Source: Hyphomicrobiaceae bacterium (GTDB taxonomy: Bacteria; Pseudomonadota; Alphaproteobacteria; Rhizobiales; Hyphomicrobiaceae). From it: a stretch of 64,000 nucleotides of DNA. The stretch covers positions 3,218,609 through 3,282,608 of the forward strand of contig CBDFGV010000003.1 of NCBI GenBank assembly GCA_965247245.1, written 5' to 3'. The stretch's first letter is position 1, and every line of letters starts with the position of its first letter. The notes beneath the pieces were generated by a model, which had not been told where the DNA came from, searched no databases, and was given only the letters and a program-made list of their open reading frames with translations. The position numbers and the translations under genes are program-made. This document shows positions 20,034-29,919 of the stretch, piece by piece.

Positions 20034-22517
20034 TTGGCAGTTGCTGCTGGACGAGCTTGCGAGCCTCGAATCACCGGCACTTCATCGCGGGCTATGTGGG
20101 AATCCGTCTTTATGTTTTTGCGTTTGTCGGCATATCTGCTGTTTGCCGTCGCAGCAATTGGGGTTGGTTACGACGCCGCCTTCAATGGCAGCGGGAACAC
20201 CGGAGTTTCGGCAACGACCCTCGGCGACGTCTTTAGTGGCGCTGGAGCCACCACTTTGTCATCCCAGCCTGCGAGCTGGATCGATGCTCAGGATCAACCG
20301 ATTTGGCAACGCCTGTTTTCTGTATCATCTCTGATACCACTCTGGTTTGCTCTGTGTGTCGCGGGCGCCCTTTTCGCCTGGTCTCCGTCGAAATCCACCA
20401 ACGGCGAGCGCAGCTCCAACTTCAACCACTTCGGCCGTCTGACCTTCGCATTTTTAGTGGGACTGGGTGGCCTGATCGTACTCGTTGATGCGACCCAGGT
20501 CGTACCACTCGGTCAACAGCCCTCAACCACCACGATTGGGGATGTTTGGGCACAATCAGACTATGCCAGCCTGGCGGCTGTTTCCGGTGCAATCCGATAT
20601 TGGACCGGTAGCCTCCTCTGGCAATGGACCGCAGAGCCGTCTCTGCGAATGCCACTTTGGGCTGTGTTTTTCTGTGCTGCCTGGCTGGTTCAGCATCTGG
20701 CTCAGTCAGGTACAAAAACAAAAAGAGAAGTAACGCAAGCGTCAGCACCAACGCGCGAAACGCAAGATACGCTAGAAGACGCGACGGAGCTCAGCTCCCG
20801 TGGACTTCTTGCAGGATGCAGCAGCGCGTTTCTAAGCGCTGGTCTACTCAGCGCACTCGTCAACATTCTCATGCTGACTGGCGCGCTCTTCATGCTTGAG
20901 GTCTATGACCGGGTTCTGCCAAGCCGCAGCGTTCCAACTTTGGTCGCACTCGGCGTTATCGTTGTCGTCTTGTTCGCAGTCCAAATCCTTCTCGACATCG
21001 TCCGCAATCGGCTGCTGGTGCGGATTGGCAATCTGTTCCAGAGATCGATCGCCACAAAGGTCTTCACGGCCCAGGTTAAACTTCAACAATCCGGACGCCT
21101 CAAAGAACAGCAACCGGAACCGGTGCAGGAACTCGACACAATCCGTAGCTTCCTGGCAAGCCCTGGACCAGTCGTCTTGTTCGACTTGCCCTGGCTACCG
21201 ATCTATCTTGCGATCGTATTTGCACTCCATCCCTGGCTGGGTTGGACAGCAGTTGCCGGCGCACTTGCGCTTGTCGCTCTGACAATTGCAACGGACATCG
21301 CAAGCCGTCGGCCGACCCTGCACGCGTCTTCAGCTGCCATGCAGCGCAACGAACTGCTCAATGAAGCCAAGCGCAACGTCGAAAGTCTGTCTGTGATGGG
21401 CATGCTGCCGCGCATCCTGCAAAAGTGGGACAAGGCCGACAGCAACTACCTCGCACAGCAAAGCCAGATCAGTGACGTGTCGGGAGGTTTTGGTTCGACA
21501 GCCAAGGGCCTGCGACTACTTCTGCAGTCCGCTGTGCTCGGCGTTGGCGCTTTCCTGGTCATTATCCAAGAGGCATCTGCAGGTGTCATCATTGCCAGCG
21601 CGATTCTTGCGAATAGAGCATTGGCACCACTCGATCAGGCAATCGGACAATGGCGAAACTTTGTGGCCGCACGACAAAGCTGGCGCCGACTGAACCTGGT
21701 TCTGAACGAGGTCGATCAAGAACAAAACTACATGGCTCTGCCAAAACCTCAGAAATATCTAGAGATGAAAGATGTCAGCGCTGTTGCACCTGGTGGAACG
21801 GAGCTGCTGGTCAAAAACATTTCATTCCGGCTCCAAGCCGGACAGGGATTGGGCCTCGTCGGCCCGAGTGGCGCCGGCAAGTCCAGCATCGTCCGCCTGC
21901 TCATCGGCGCTTGGAAACCAGTGCGCGGTCAAGTGACCCTGGACGGCGCATCAATAGATCAATGGGCTCCCGAAGAGCTAGGCCGCCACATCGGCTACTT
22001 GCCGCAGAATGTTGAGCTGATCGAAGGAACAATCGCTGACAACATCTCACGGTTCGACCCATCCGCGCGGCCGGAAGACATCCTCGAAGCCGCCAGCATG
22101 GCCGGCGTGCACGGTCTGATCACATCGTTCCCAAAGGGCTATGAAACCGAGGTTGGCGAGCAAGGCTCCTTGTTGTCCGTTGGCCAACGCCAGCGGATCG
22201 CGCTTGCTCGCGCATTCTACGGCAATCCGTTCCTAATCGTGTTGGACGAACCAAACTCGAACCTCGACTCGGAAGGCGACAAGGCTCTCGGAGAAGCAAT
22301 CCTTAAAATCAGAGAGCGCGGCAGTGTCGTGGTCGTTGTCGCTCATCGCCGTTCTGCACTCGCAGGCGTCGACACGCTCATCACCGTCCATCAAGGACAG
22401 ATCGTTGCCAGTGGTGACAAGAACTCGGTCATCGCAAAGTTCCAAAAACCAAAAAATAGTCAGACAGGGCAATCTCGAGATAGTGGGGAGGCGGCACCAA
22501 CCGCGCTGCAGGCATGA
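20034..22517 (+). CDS. Type I secretion system permease/ATPase (PrtD/HasD-type, no C39 peptidase domain) with ~200-aa N-terminal membrane extension
   Basis: C-terminal ~600 aa is a T1SS ABC core (LMLTGALFMLEVYDRVLPSRSVPTL; Walker A GPSGAGKSS; LSVGQRQR signature; Walker B LIVLDEP). ORF opens with TTG at 20034. First ATG at 20094 (MWESVFMF...). The 205 preceding stop-free codons encode 3-4 hydrophobic segments. Confidence 0.85.
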   Translation: MAVAAGRACEPRITGTSSRAMWESVFMFLRLSAYLLFAVAAIGVGYDAAFNGSGNTGVSATTLGDVFSGAGATTLSSQPASWIDAQDQPIWQRLFSVSSLIPLWFALCVAGALFAWSPSKSTNGERSSNFNHFGRLTFAFLVGLGGLIVLVDATQVVPLGQQPSTTTIGDVWAQSDYASLAAVSGAIRYWTGSLLWQWTAEPSLRMPLWAVFFCAAWLVQHLAQSGTKTKREVTQASAPTRETQDTLEDATELSSRGLLAGCSSAFLSAGLLSALVNILMLTGALFMLEVYDRVLPSRSVPTLVALGVIVVVLFAVQILLDIVRNRLLVRIGNLFQRSIATKVFTAQVKLQQSGRLKEQQPEPVQELDTIRSFLASPGPVVLFDLPWLPIYLAIVFALHPWLGWTAVAGALALVALTIATDIASRRPTLHASSAAMQRNELLNEAKRNVESLSVMGMLPRILQKWDKADSNYLAQQSQISDVSGGFGSTAKGLRLLLQSAVLGVGAFLVIIQEASAGVIIASAILANRALAPLDQAIGQWRNFVAARQSWRRLNLVLNEVDQEQNYMALPKPQKYLEMKDVSAVAPGGTELLVKNISFRLQAGQGLGLVGPSGAGKSSIVRLLIGAWKPVRGQVTLDGASIDQWAPEELGRHIGYLPQNVELIEGTIADNISRFDPSARPEDILEAASMAGVHGLITSFPKGYETEVGEQGSLLSVGQRQRIALARAFYGNPFLIVLDEPNSNLDSEGDKALGEAILKIRERGSVVVVVAHRRSALAGVDTLITVHQGQIVASGDKNSVIAKFQKPKNSQTGQSRDSGEAAPTALQA

Positions 22518-23827
22518 CGCAATCAATCGATATCGACGACGCCAGGCGCTCGATTCGACGCCTGCAGCGCACTGGAAACATGACAGCGATCTTGCTTGCA
22601 CTTGCTGTTGGCGGATGGGCTTACAACGCTGAGATTTCTGGCGCGGTCATCGCGCAGGGACAGGTTGTGGTCGAGACCAGCCGCAAGAAGGTCCAGCACC
22701 CCGGCGGCGGCATCGTTGGAGAAATACTGGCAAGGAATGGCGATACAGTCTCGGCCGGTCAGATCATTGTTCGTCTGGACGCAACGTTTCCAAAAGCCAA
22801 TCTCGACATCGTATCAAAGCAGTTGAACGAGCTGATAGCCCAGCGTGCGCGCCTGATTGCGGAGCGCGACGGCCGCGACTCTGTCAACCTACCAACGCTT
22901 TTCACAGGCTGGCGCCTCAATCCAGACATCGTCAAAGCAGTCAAAAGCGAGAGAAAGCTGTTTGAGTTGCGACGTCGTTCACGCGTCGGTCGCAAGGAGC
23001 AGCTTGAACACCGCAAGCAGCAAATCTTGAATTCAATCGACGGGCTCAAGATTCAGGCCGAAGCAAAGGCTAATGAACTGCAGCTGCTAAAGAGAGAACT
23101 AAAGGGCGTCCGACAGCTCCACAAGAAGGGCTTGATGGCGATCAACCGCCTGACCGTGCTTGAGCGCCAGCATACTCAGCTTGAGGGCGAGAGTGGCAAC
23201 TTCATAACGATGGTCGCACGGGCCAAGGCCAAACTAGCCGAGACCGAATTACAAATCTTGCAAGTCGATCAAGACCTCGCAAGCACGGTAGGCCAGGAGT
23301 TGCGAGAGGTTGACCTCAAGATCGGGGAACTACGCGAACGCCAGCTCGCTGCAAAGGTCAAACTTCAGCGTTTCGAGATCCGCTCGCCAGAAAGCGGGAT
23401 CGTAACCCAATCACGTGTTCACACCGTGGGAGGTGTCATCGGATCAGGCGAGACGATCATGGAGATCGTCCCGCAGAATAAGCAGTTCGTCATCGAGGTC
23501 AAGATTGCGCCCCACGACATCGATCAGGTGCGCATGGATCAGTCCGCCCTCTTGCGCTTGTCGGCACTCAACCAGAGAACGACGCCGGAACTGAACGGCC
23601 GCGTTGTACTGGTATCGCCAGATGCTGTGCAAGACACGCAAACCGGCGAGCCGCATTACATTGCACGGGTCGAAATACCCAAGGATGAGCGGGAACGGCT
23701 TGGCGACGTTCGTCTGATTCCCGGGATGCCGGTCGAAGCATTCCTCAAGACGCATGATCGTAGTGTGTTGTCATACCTGATGAAGCCACTAACCGATCAG
23801 TTCCAGCGCGTGTTCCGTGAAAGCTAG
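22514..23827 (+). CDS. Type I secretion membrane fusion protein, HlyD family (PrtE/HasE-type)
   Basis: ATGA start/stop overlap with the ABC gene. N-terminal TM, long coiled-coil and a C-terminal HlyD beta-domain (GRVVLVSPDAVQDTQTGEPHYIARVEIP). Confidence 0.88.
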   Translation: MTQSIDIDDARRSIRRLQRTGNMTAILLALAVGGWAYNAEISGAVIAQGQVVVETSRKKVQHPGGGIVGEILARNGDTVSAGQIIVRLDATFPKANLDIVSKQLNELIAQRARLIAERDGRDSVNLPTLFTGWRLNPDIVKAVKSERKLFELRRRSRVGRKEQLEHRKQQILNSIDGLKIQAEAKANELQLLKRELKGVRQLHKKGLMAINRLTVLERQHTQLEGESGNFITMVARAKAKLAETELQILQVDQDLASTVGQELREVDLKIGELRERQLAAKVKLQRFEIRSPESGIVTQSRVHTVGGVIGSGETIMEIVPQNKQFVIEVKIAPHDIDQVRMDQSALLRLSALNQRTTPELNGRVVLVSPDAVQDTQTGEPHYIARVEIPKDERERLGDVRLIPGMPVEAFLKTHDRSVLSYLMKPLTDQFQRVFRES

Positions 23828-24016
23828 GCTTAGAACGAACAGCCGCCTGTCATCGCATTAGGTGTATCAGCAAACCGGCGGACTTTCGGCAGTTTCTAGC
23901 ATCATAACGCACCAAGCAGCTGCGTCCGACGAGCGGATCAGGCGATCGGCTGCAAGGTACACAACAGCTCAAAGCACTATCATCTGCTCCCAAACCGGCC
24001 ACGGAAGGGGAGCAAC

Positions 24017-25306
24017 ATGAGTGCTTCAGCCAGACCACACTCATCATCTCGAATCGAGAATCGGATTGGAGTGGCGGCTTTAACCCGAGCCGTCATGCAA
24101 AATCTTGATCTTTCGCCTGTATTCGCGGAACTCGAAACAGCAGCCAACAACGGCCCTGCCAGAGGCGCTGCGCTAATGGACCTTTCAACGATTGAGCAGT
24201 TGAAGGGCAATCTTGAGCGCGGGCTTCAGTACCAGTCACTGGCACTACAGCAATGCCAGATCTACGAAACCTACAGCGACGTTGATCCCACCCTGGATCT
24301 CCTTGTCCTGGCAGCTCCCATCCACATGGGCGGCAACACGCCAATCGATTTTCTCGTTGCGAATTCGTCGGTACGTCAGCGGACCGTGTTCTTGAGTGAG
24401 GAATTCGAACTGCCGGATCAGCTTCCCGAGCACGATGTCTGTTTTGTTGCAGCCCCTGGTGACTGCGATGAAAATCGCCAACATCTTGAGTACATCAACG
24501 ACTGCCTCGCCGACCTTGATCGCCCGATCCTGAATGCTCCTGAAAGAATCAAGCAGCTTGAGCGAGATGAGTTGGTCAAAACGACAGCAGGAGTTCCTGG
24601 TCTTTGCCTGCCCGAAACCTACCGCGTGCCGAGAACTGATCTAATCAGACACGGAGAAACAGGCACCTGGTCACTGGCGGCCTTTGCAAACCTGGGCACG
24701 CCATTCATCATCCGCCCTGTCGGCTCACACGCCGGTCGTAACCTGGAGCTATTGTCCTCATTCGATGAGATCTCATCATATCTGCAACGCTGCTCCGATG
24801 ATGCCTTTTTCATCTCTTCATTCATTGACTACCGCAGCGATGACAAGCAGTTCCGGAAGTATCGCGTGATCTTCGTCAATGGCGAGCCATTCCCCTGCCA
24901 TATGGCCATCTCTGAGCAGTGGAAGATCTGGTACTTGAATGCCGACATGCACCTTTCCCATGAAAAACGCATGGAAGAACGAGACTTCATGGTGAACTTC
25001 GACAATGGTTTCCGCGCGCGACACGAGCAGGCACTAATGGACCTCCCGAAGCGAGTCGGCTTGGAGTACTTCGGTATAGATTGTGCGGAAAGCCGCGACG
25101 GGAAGCTTGTGGTGTTCGAAGCCGACAATGCACTGATTGTCCATGACATGGATCCACCAGACCTATTCCCGTACAAGCGCGATCAAATGCACAGACTATT
25201 CGCAGCATTTACTGAGATGCTCTATGAAACGGGCGACGGCTCCCCGCAACAACCGGATCACGGCCTGCAAGCGTTCGGCGCAATCTCCCAGACGATCCCG
25301 TCTTGA
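24017..25306 (+). CDS. ATP-grasp domain protein (RimK/GshB-like fold) with ~170-aa N-terminal domain of unknown function
   Basis: The C-terminal half aligns with the ATP-grasp architecture (PFIIRPVGSHAGRNLELL; YRVIFVNGEPFPCHMAISEQWKIWYLN; LEYFGIDCAESRDGKLVVFEADN). Strong RBS GGAAGGGGAG. Substrate is not inferable. Confidence 0.6.
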   Translation: MSASARPHSSSRIENRIGVAALTRAVMQNLDLSPVFAELETAANNGPARGAALMDLSTIEQLKGNLERGLQYQSLALQQCQIYETYSDVDPTLDLLVLAAPIHMGGNTPIDFLVANSSVRQRTVFLSEEFELPDQLPEHDVCFVAAPGDCDENRQHLEYINDCLADLDRPILNAPERIKQLERDELVKTTAGVPGLCLPETYRVPRTDLIRHGETGTWSLAAFANLGTPFIIRPVGSHAGRNLELLSSFDEISSYLQRCSDDAFFISSFIDYRSDDKQFRKYRVIFVNGEPFPCHMAISEQWKIWYLNADMHLSHEKRMEERDFMVNFDNGFRARHEQALMDLPKRVGLEYFGIDCAESRDGKLVVFEADNALIVHDMDPPDLFPYKRDQMHRLFAAFTEMLYETGDGSPQQPDHGLQAFGAISQTIPS

Positions 25307-25347
25307 ACGTTGCCCGCTTCGCGGGGAAGACGAAGGCACGGCTGCTC

Positions 25348-26562
25348 CTAAGTTGGAGCAGTTCTTGTGGTGGCAGCATCCTTCGCCATACGCGGCAGCG
25401 AAAGCACGAGAAGCAACGCTAGTGTCGCCATGGAAGCGAGTGTCAGGAAGGCGATAACGTAACTACCGGTGACATCAAATATCCGGCCGGCCAGAATGGG
25501 TCCAATAGCACCACCAACGGTCCCAAAGAATACAATCGCGCCAAAAATGGCGCCGACGGACCGGGTTCCGAAGTATTCGGCCACCGTTGGAGCAACAATC
25601 GTGAACAGACCGCCATGCCCAAAACCATAAACAAGCGCTGCTAAAAACAACGCAGCCCGCGTGTCAATCATGGAGAAGGCAAGAAGCCCGCCGGTCAACG
25701 GCAACAAGCAGAGCAAGAACCCTCTGCGCCCGCCAATGCGATCCGAGAAGGTCCCAATAACCAGGCGTCCGAGCACGCTGGCACCGGCTATGACAGATAA
25801 CAGCGTCGCCGCCTGTGCCGTACTCATTCCGAGGTCCATACCAAAGACCGGCAAGTGTAACGGAACTGTCGTGAGAGATGGAAAGAACAGAAACTGGATC
25901 GCGCAGAGCGTCCAGAAGACACGAGACTTCAATGCCGTTGCGAGCCCTGAACTGGGACCTGAGGCATCGACGCCCGCCTCAGTCGGCTTGACAGGCAGTC
26001 CGACGAGGAATGCCGCGATCAATAGACTACATGCCGCGCCAACGCCCAGCGTCCAAGCCGCGGTGCGCCAGTCAAACGACGCAATCAGAAACGCCGCCAG
26101 CACCGGGAGCACCATCTGACCAGCGGCGGTACCTGTTTTGACAACCCCGGTCATCATCCCGCGTCGCTTGTCAAAGCAGCGCGCAACCGTAGAAAGGGTC
26201 ACGACATCATGTGTGCTGAGCCCAAGACCGATGAAGACGCCAAAGATCAAGAACAGCTGCCATGGCTCGTTAATCTGCGAAATCAAAGCAAAGCCAAGAC
26301 CGTAAGCGACACCGGTGACGGCCAACACGACCCGCGGTCCTAGCCGATCACCGAGATGCCCCATCACACCTGCCAGGATGCCCATGACAAGAAATGCAAA
26401 CGACATGGCAGCAGAAAGCACCGTGCGCGACCAACCAAACTCATTCTCGAAGGTCTTGAAGAAAATCGAATAAGAGAACATCAGGCCGACGATCATGAAC
26501 TGCGTCAAGCAAGCGCCGGCAACGACCGCATAACGCGGATCGATCTTGTTGTCAGTTGGCAT
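25348..26562 (-). CDS. MFS transporter (12 TM; oxalate/formate antiporter-like family)
   Basis: 404 aa, predominantly hydrophobic, with MFS signature-like loops (GHLGDRLGPR). Confidence 0.8.
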   Translation of the reverse strand: MPTDNKIDPRYAVVAGACLTQFMIVGLMFSYSIFFKTFENEFGWSRTVLSAAMSFAFLVMGILAGVMGHLGDRLGPRVVLAVTGVAYGLGFALISQINEPWQLFLIFGVFIGLGLSTHDVVTLSTVARCFDKRRGMMTGVVKTGTAAGQMVLPVLAAFLIASFDWRTAAWTLGVGAACSLLIAAFLVGLPVKPTEAGVDASGPSSGLATALKSRVFWTLCAIQFLFFPSLTTVPLHLPVFGMDLGMSTAQAATLLSVIAGASVLGRLVIGTFSDRIGGRRGFLLCLLPLTGGLLAFSMIDTRAALFLAALVYGFGHGGLFTIVAPTVAEYFGTRSVGAIFGAIVFFGTVGGAIGPILAGRIFDVTGSYVIAFLTLASMATLALLLVLSLPRMAKDAATTRTAPT

Positions 26563-26804
26563 GAAAGCGAGCTTTCAGAACTGGCTGCAGCACAGCAGCA
26601 TGAAGAACAGGTGGATTCTCTCTTCACCTAAGGCATGCGTGGCGCGTTGTCGAGCAACATGCATCGGCAACGAGCAAGAAGCCCGAAATCATATCACCTA
26701 CAGTGCCCGGAGACGAGACAGAAAACGCCGCGGTGTTCGCAGACCGCGGCGCACTTCAAATCGCAAATGTTTAGCTTGGCGTGACTCCAGCGCCCACAAT
26801 AATG

Positions 26805-28529
26805 CTAGACGATCAGAGCACCATCGTCCTGCAACGTCTGCAGATCCAGGTCACGATCGGCCAGGACAACGACATCTTGCCAGCCCAACTGTGAGCCGCT
26901 GTAGACCGAAACGCGGGCACCTGCTGCAGTCTGCTCAAGGCGTACAACCTCTGACACATCTTCGAAATTCGTGGCTTTGACGAGACCGGAGAAATCCAGA
27001 ACATCGTCTTCGCTGTTGAAGTCGGTAATAGTGTCAACACCGTCGAGGTCTTTGCGTTCCCACTTGTAGGTGTCTTCGCCTTCGCCACCCGTCAGCTCAT
27101 CAGCACCTTTATAGCCGCGAATAACGTCGTTACCGTCGCGACCTTCTATCGTGTCGTCGTTCTTTGAGCCCTTGATGCTATCATTGCCGTTGGACGCGAT
27201 CACGGTTTCAAAGCTGTTGATACTGTCGTTCTGACCGCTGCCCTGAACAGTGCCCTTCGAAAGATCAATCGTCAGGCCATTCGCACCGGACTGGCTGTAA
27301 TCAAGGGTGTCCTGGCCAGAACCACCAACGTATGTATCCCGGCCGCCCTGACCGGCGATCACTTCATCGTTGCCGGAGCCGCCATCGACAACATCATTGC
27401 CCGCGTCATCGCTAATGAGATCGTTACCGGATTCGCCTTTGATGTTGTCGTCGCCGTTACCGCCGGAGATCCGATCATCGCCACTATTACCAAGGATGAT
27501 GTCATTGCCATCCTTGCCAAGGATCAGGTCATCACCCTTACCACCGCGCAACTCGTCATTACCGGTTCCACCATCCAGCGCATCATTGCCGGAGTTGCCC
27601 CAGAGCTTATCGTGGCCGTTGCCGCCTTCGACAACATCGTTGTTGGCCATACCCATTAGCTGGTCATTGCCGTTGCCGCCGCTGATAAAGTCCGCACCGT
27701 CATCGTTGCCGCTGCCTGAGTCACCCCGGTCAATTAGGCGTGAGTTCGTCTGACCGACTTGCACCAGGAAAACGGAGTCATCAAAATCGTTGTCGCCTCC
27801 GTTCCATAGATCCTCAAAACCAACTCTGAGCGTGCCATCGGCAGTGTTGACCTCGGCAACGACGTGGTTGAGGCCATCCTGGTTGAGGTTCTGGCGGCTA
27901 TGAAACAAGTTGCGACCATTGTCTGCACTAATTGCAGTTTCTTCACCATCGCTTGTCACATGAACCAAACGCACCGGACCTTCGCCGTTTGCATTGGCGA
28001 TGTTACCGTCAGCGTCGATCATCTTGAAGTTTGCGCCATCCTGATCAAGCAACGCCGGAACACCGTTTTGCGAATATCCGTTGGCAACGATAAAAAAGCC
28101 TAGTTCGTCGCCGGCCTCGAAATCGAAACCAACCGAGCTTTCCCCGCCAATCAGATCACCGCCGGAACCGCGAAGAGAGGCGTTCTCAAACAGGATTTCG
28201 ACATCGTAGATCGTGCCGTCGTCAGCAATCTTGTAGACACCGAGAATGTTTTTGTAGCCAGCGGACTCGCTCAGGAATGTCACTTTGCCTTCGTAGGCTT
28301 CACTGACCTTCAGCGTATCAAGCGCAACCTTGCCGATGATAGCATCGCCGCCGGAAATAATATCGTGGCCATTGTTGCCGAACAACTGGTCGTCGCCACC
28401 GCCACCGCGGATGGTATCGCTACCGTTGCCACCGCTTATGTTATCGCTGCCGCCCTCGCCCTGGATTTGATCCGTGCCACGGGTTCCGGTGAGTTTATCG
28501 TTATTATCGGTACCAGTAATATTCGCCAT
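26805..28529 (-). CDS. RTX-type calcium-binding secreted protein (hemolysin-type nonapeptide repeats), probable T1SS substrate
   Basis: Multiple GGxGxDxxx repeats (GGNGNDQLMG, GGSGNDEVIAG, GGNGSDTIRGGGGDDQLFG). Central DUF4114-like segment (GVYKIADDGTIYDVEILF). Acidic C-terminal tail typical of T1SS signals. ORF begins with GTG at 28562 and the first ATG is 28529. Confidence 0.8.
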   Translation of the reverse strand: MANITGTDNNDKLTGTRGTDQIQGEGGSDNISGGNGSDTIRGGGGDDQLFGNNGHDIISGGDAIIGKVALDTLKVSEAYEGKVTFLSESAGYKNILGVYKIADDGTIYDVEILFENASLRGSGGDLIGGESSVGFDFEAGDELGFFIVANGYSQNGVPALLDQDGANFKMIDADGNIANANGEGPVRLVHVTSDGEETAISADNGRNLFHSRQNLNQDGLNHVVAEVNTADGTLRVGFEDLWNGGDNDFDDSVFLVQVGQTNSRLIDRGDSGSGNDDGADFISGGNGNDQLMGMANNDVVEGGNGHDKLWGNSGNDALDGGTGNDELRGGKGDDLILGKDGNDIILGNSGDDRISGGNGDDNIKGESGNDLISDDAGNDVVDGGSGNDEVIAGQGGRDTYVGGSGQDTLDYSQSGANGLTIDLSKGTVQGSGQNDSINSFETVIASNGNDSIKGSKNDDTIEGRDGNDVIRGYKGADELTGGEGEDTYKWERKDLDGVDTITDFNSEDDVLDFSGLVKATNFEDVSEVVRLEQTAAGARVSVYSGSQLGWQDVVVLADRDLDLQTLQDDGALIV

Positions 28530-28873
28530 TTCCAGACATGCCCTAAGTTCTGTACATTCCACGCACCGGTGGACCAGCCTGCAACCTAAGAATTAGACCT
28601 TGCAGGCTACCTAAATGCTCGAAGCAACTTTGCGTAAAATTTTATGCTGTTTGTGCGGGGTTAGCGGGTGCCAGAAGAATCCCATATTCTACGGGATGTT
28701 TTGGGCGTTAAGAATTGATTCAGTGAGTCTCAAAGTTTCTTCAAAAGCCAATTATCGCCACCAACTTGATTCTGGCGCAAAGCTCCCAACTCCCGAACCA
28801 TCACTTTGACGATGCCGATTTGGCGCATAGGGTGATGAAAAATAAGACGACCAGAACGGGGAGTTTTCGCGCC

Positions 28874-29896
28874 ATGAAAGTAGGGATCTTCATAACTAAT
28901 CAGCAAAGGCTCAACGCCGATATGGTCAGTCGTCTCGACGACCAGATCAAGATGCTGCACACGGCCAGAGATCGTGGCTGGGACAGCGTCATGTTCGGGC
29001 AGCACTATCTGAATGAGGGCGACAATCAGCAACTGCAGATCGTACCATTCCTTGCACGAATGGCAGCCGAGGCCGGCGATATGCAACTGGGTCTGGGAAT
29101 CCTTCTGCTCAACCTCCACAACCCTGTCTACACGGCTGAAACAATAGCCAGCCTCGACATCATCTGCCGCGGAAACTTCATCTTCGGTGTTGGCCTCGGC
29201 TATCGCGATGTCGAGTTCGAGGCCTTTGGCGTGCGTAAGGGAGAGCGGGTTAGAAAGTTTGAAGAGTACCTCGATCTGGTACAAAGACTCTGGACTGAAG
29301 ACAGCGTCAGTTATGACAGCCCCGAATGCACGTTGGACAATGTCCGAATGAACATCAGACCGGTCCAAAAGCCACGCCCGCCGATCTGGATCGCAGCCAA
29401 CAATGACCCGGCAATCAAGCGCGCTGCCCGTCTCGGCGACTCTTGGTTCATTAATCCCCATGCAGCAATCGATACAATCCGCCGCCAAATGAGTGTCTAC
29501 CAAGATGAGCTCAAGGCGACAGGTAGGGGCTTCCCCGCCGAGTTGCCAATCGTGAAAGAGGTCTATTGCGCCAAGGACCGGGCAACTGCCCTCGAAATGG
29601 CAGGCCCATATCTTGAGGGCAAATATAAGGATTATGCCACTTGGGGACAGGACAAAGTCATGCCCGGTCAGGAGGATTTTACCCAGTCGTTCGACGAGCT
29701 ATCCAAGGGCCGCTTCATACTGGGATCACCCGAAGAATGCTACGAGCAGCTGAAGCCTTATTGGGAAGAGTTCGGCGTCAATCATCTGCTGATCCGCACC
29801 AATTGGGCCGGCATGCCGCTCTATAATTCACTGGCCAGTATTCGCTTGATCTCCGACGAGCTCTTACCAGAGCTGAAGAAGATCAAGCGCAGTTAA
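28874..29896 (+). CDS. LLM-class (luciferase-like) flavin-dependent oxidoreductase
   Basis: TIM-barrel LLM family blocks (GWDSVMFGQHY..., FIFGVGLGY). ORF 28766..29896 starts upstream. ATG at 28874 (MKVGIFI...) has RBS CGGGGAG. Confidence 0.75.
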   Translation: MKVGIFITNQQRLNADMVSRLDDQIKMLHTARDRGWDSVMFGQHYLNEGDNQQLQIVPFLARMAAEAGDMQLGLGILLLNLHNPVYTAETIASLDIICRGNFIFGVGLGYRDVEFEAFGVRKGERVRKFEEYLDLVQRLWTEDSVSYDSPECTLDNVRMNIRPVQKPRPPIWIAANNDPAIKRAARLGDSWFINPHAAIDTIRRQMSVYQDELKATGRGFPAELPIVKEVYCAKDRATALEMAGPYLEGKYKDYATWGQDKVMPGQEDFTQSFDELSKGRFILGSPEECYEQLKPYWEEFGVNHLLIRTNWAGMPLYNSLASIRLISDELLPELKKIKRS

Positions 29897-29919
29897 TCAC
29901 CGAGAAGCGATCTGGAAGA

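Noticed and set aside
20041-20488. ORFs 20041..20334+ and 20303..20488+ at the 5' end of the T1SS ABC gene
   Set aside because: They are alternative frames of the region encoding the hydrophobic N-terminal extension. The main frame is the one with membrane-helix periodicity and continuity into the ABC core.
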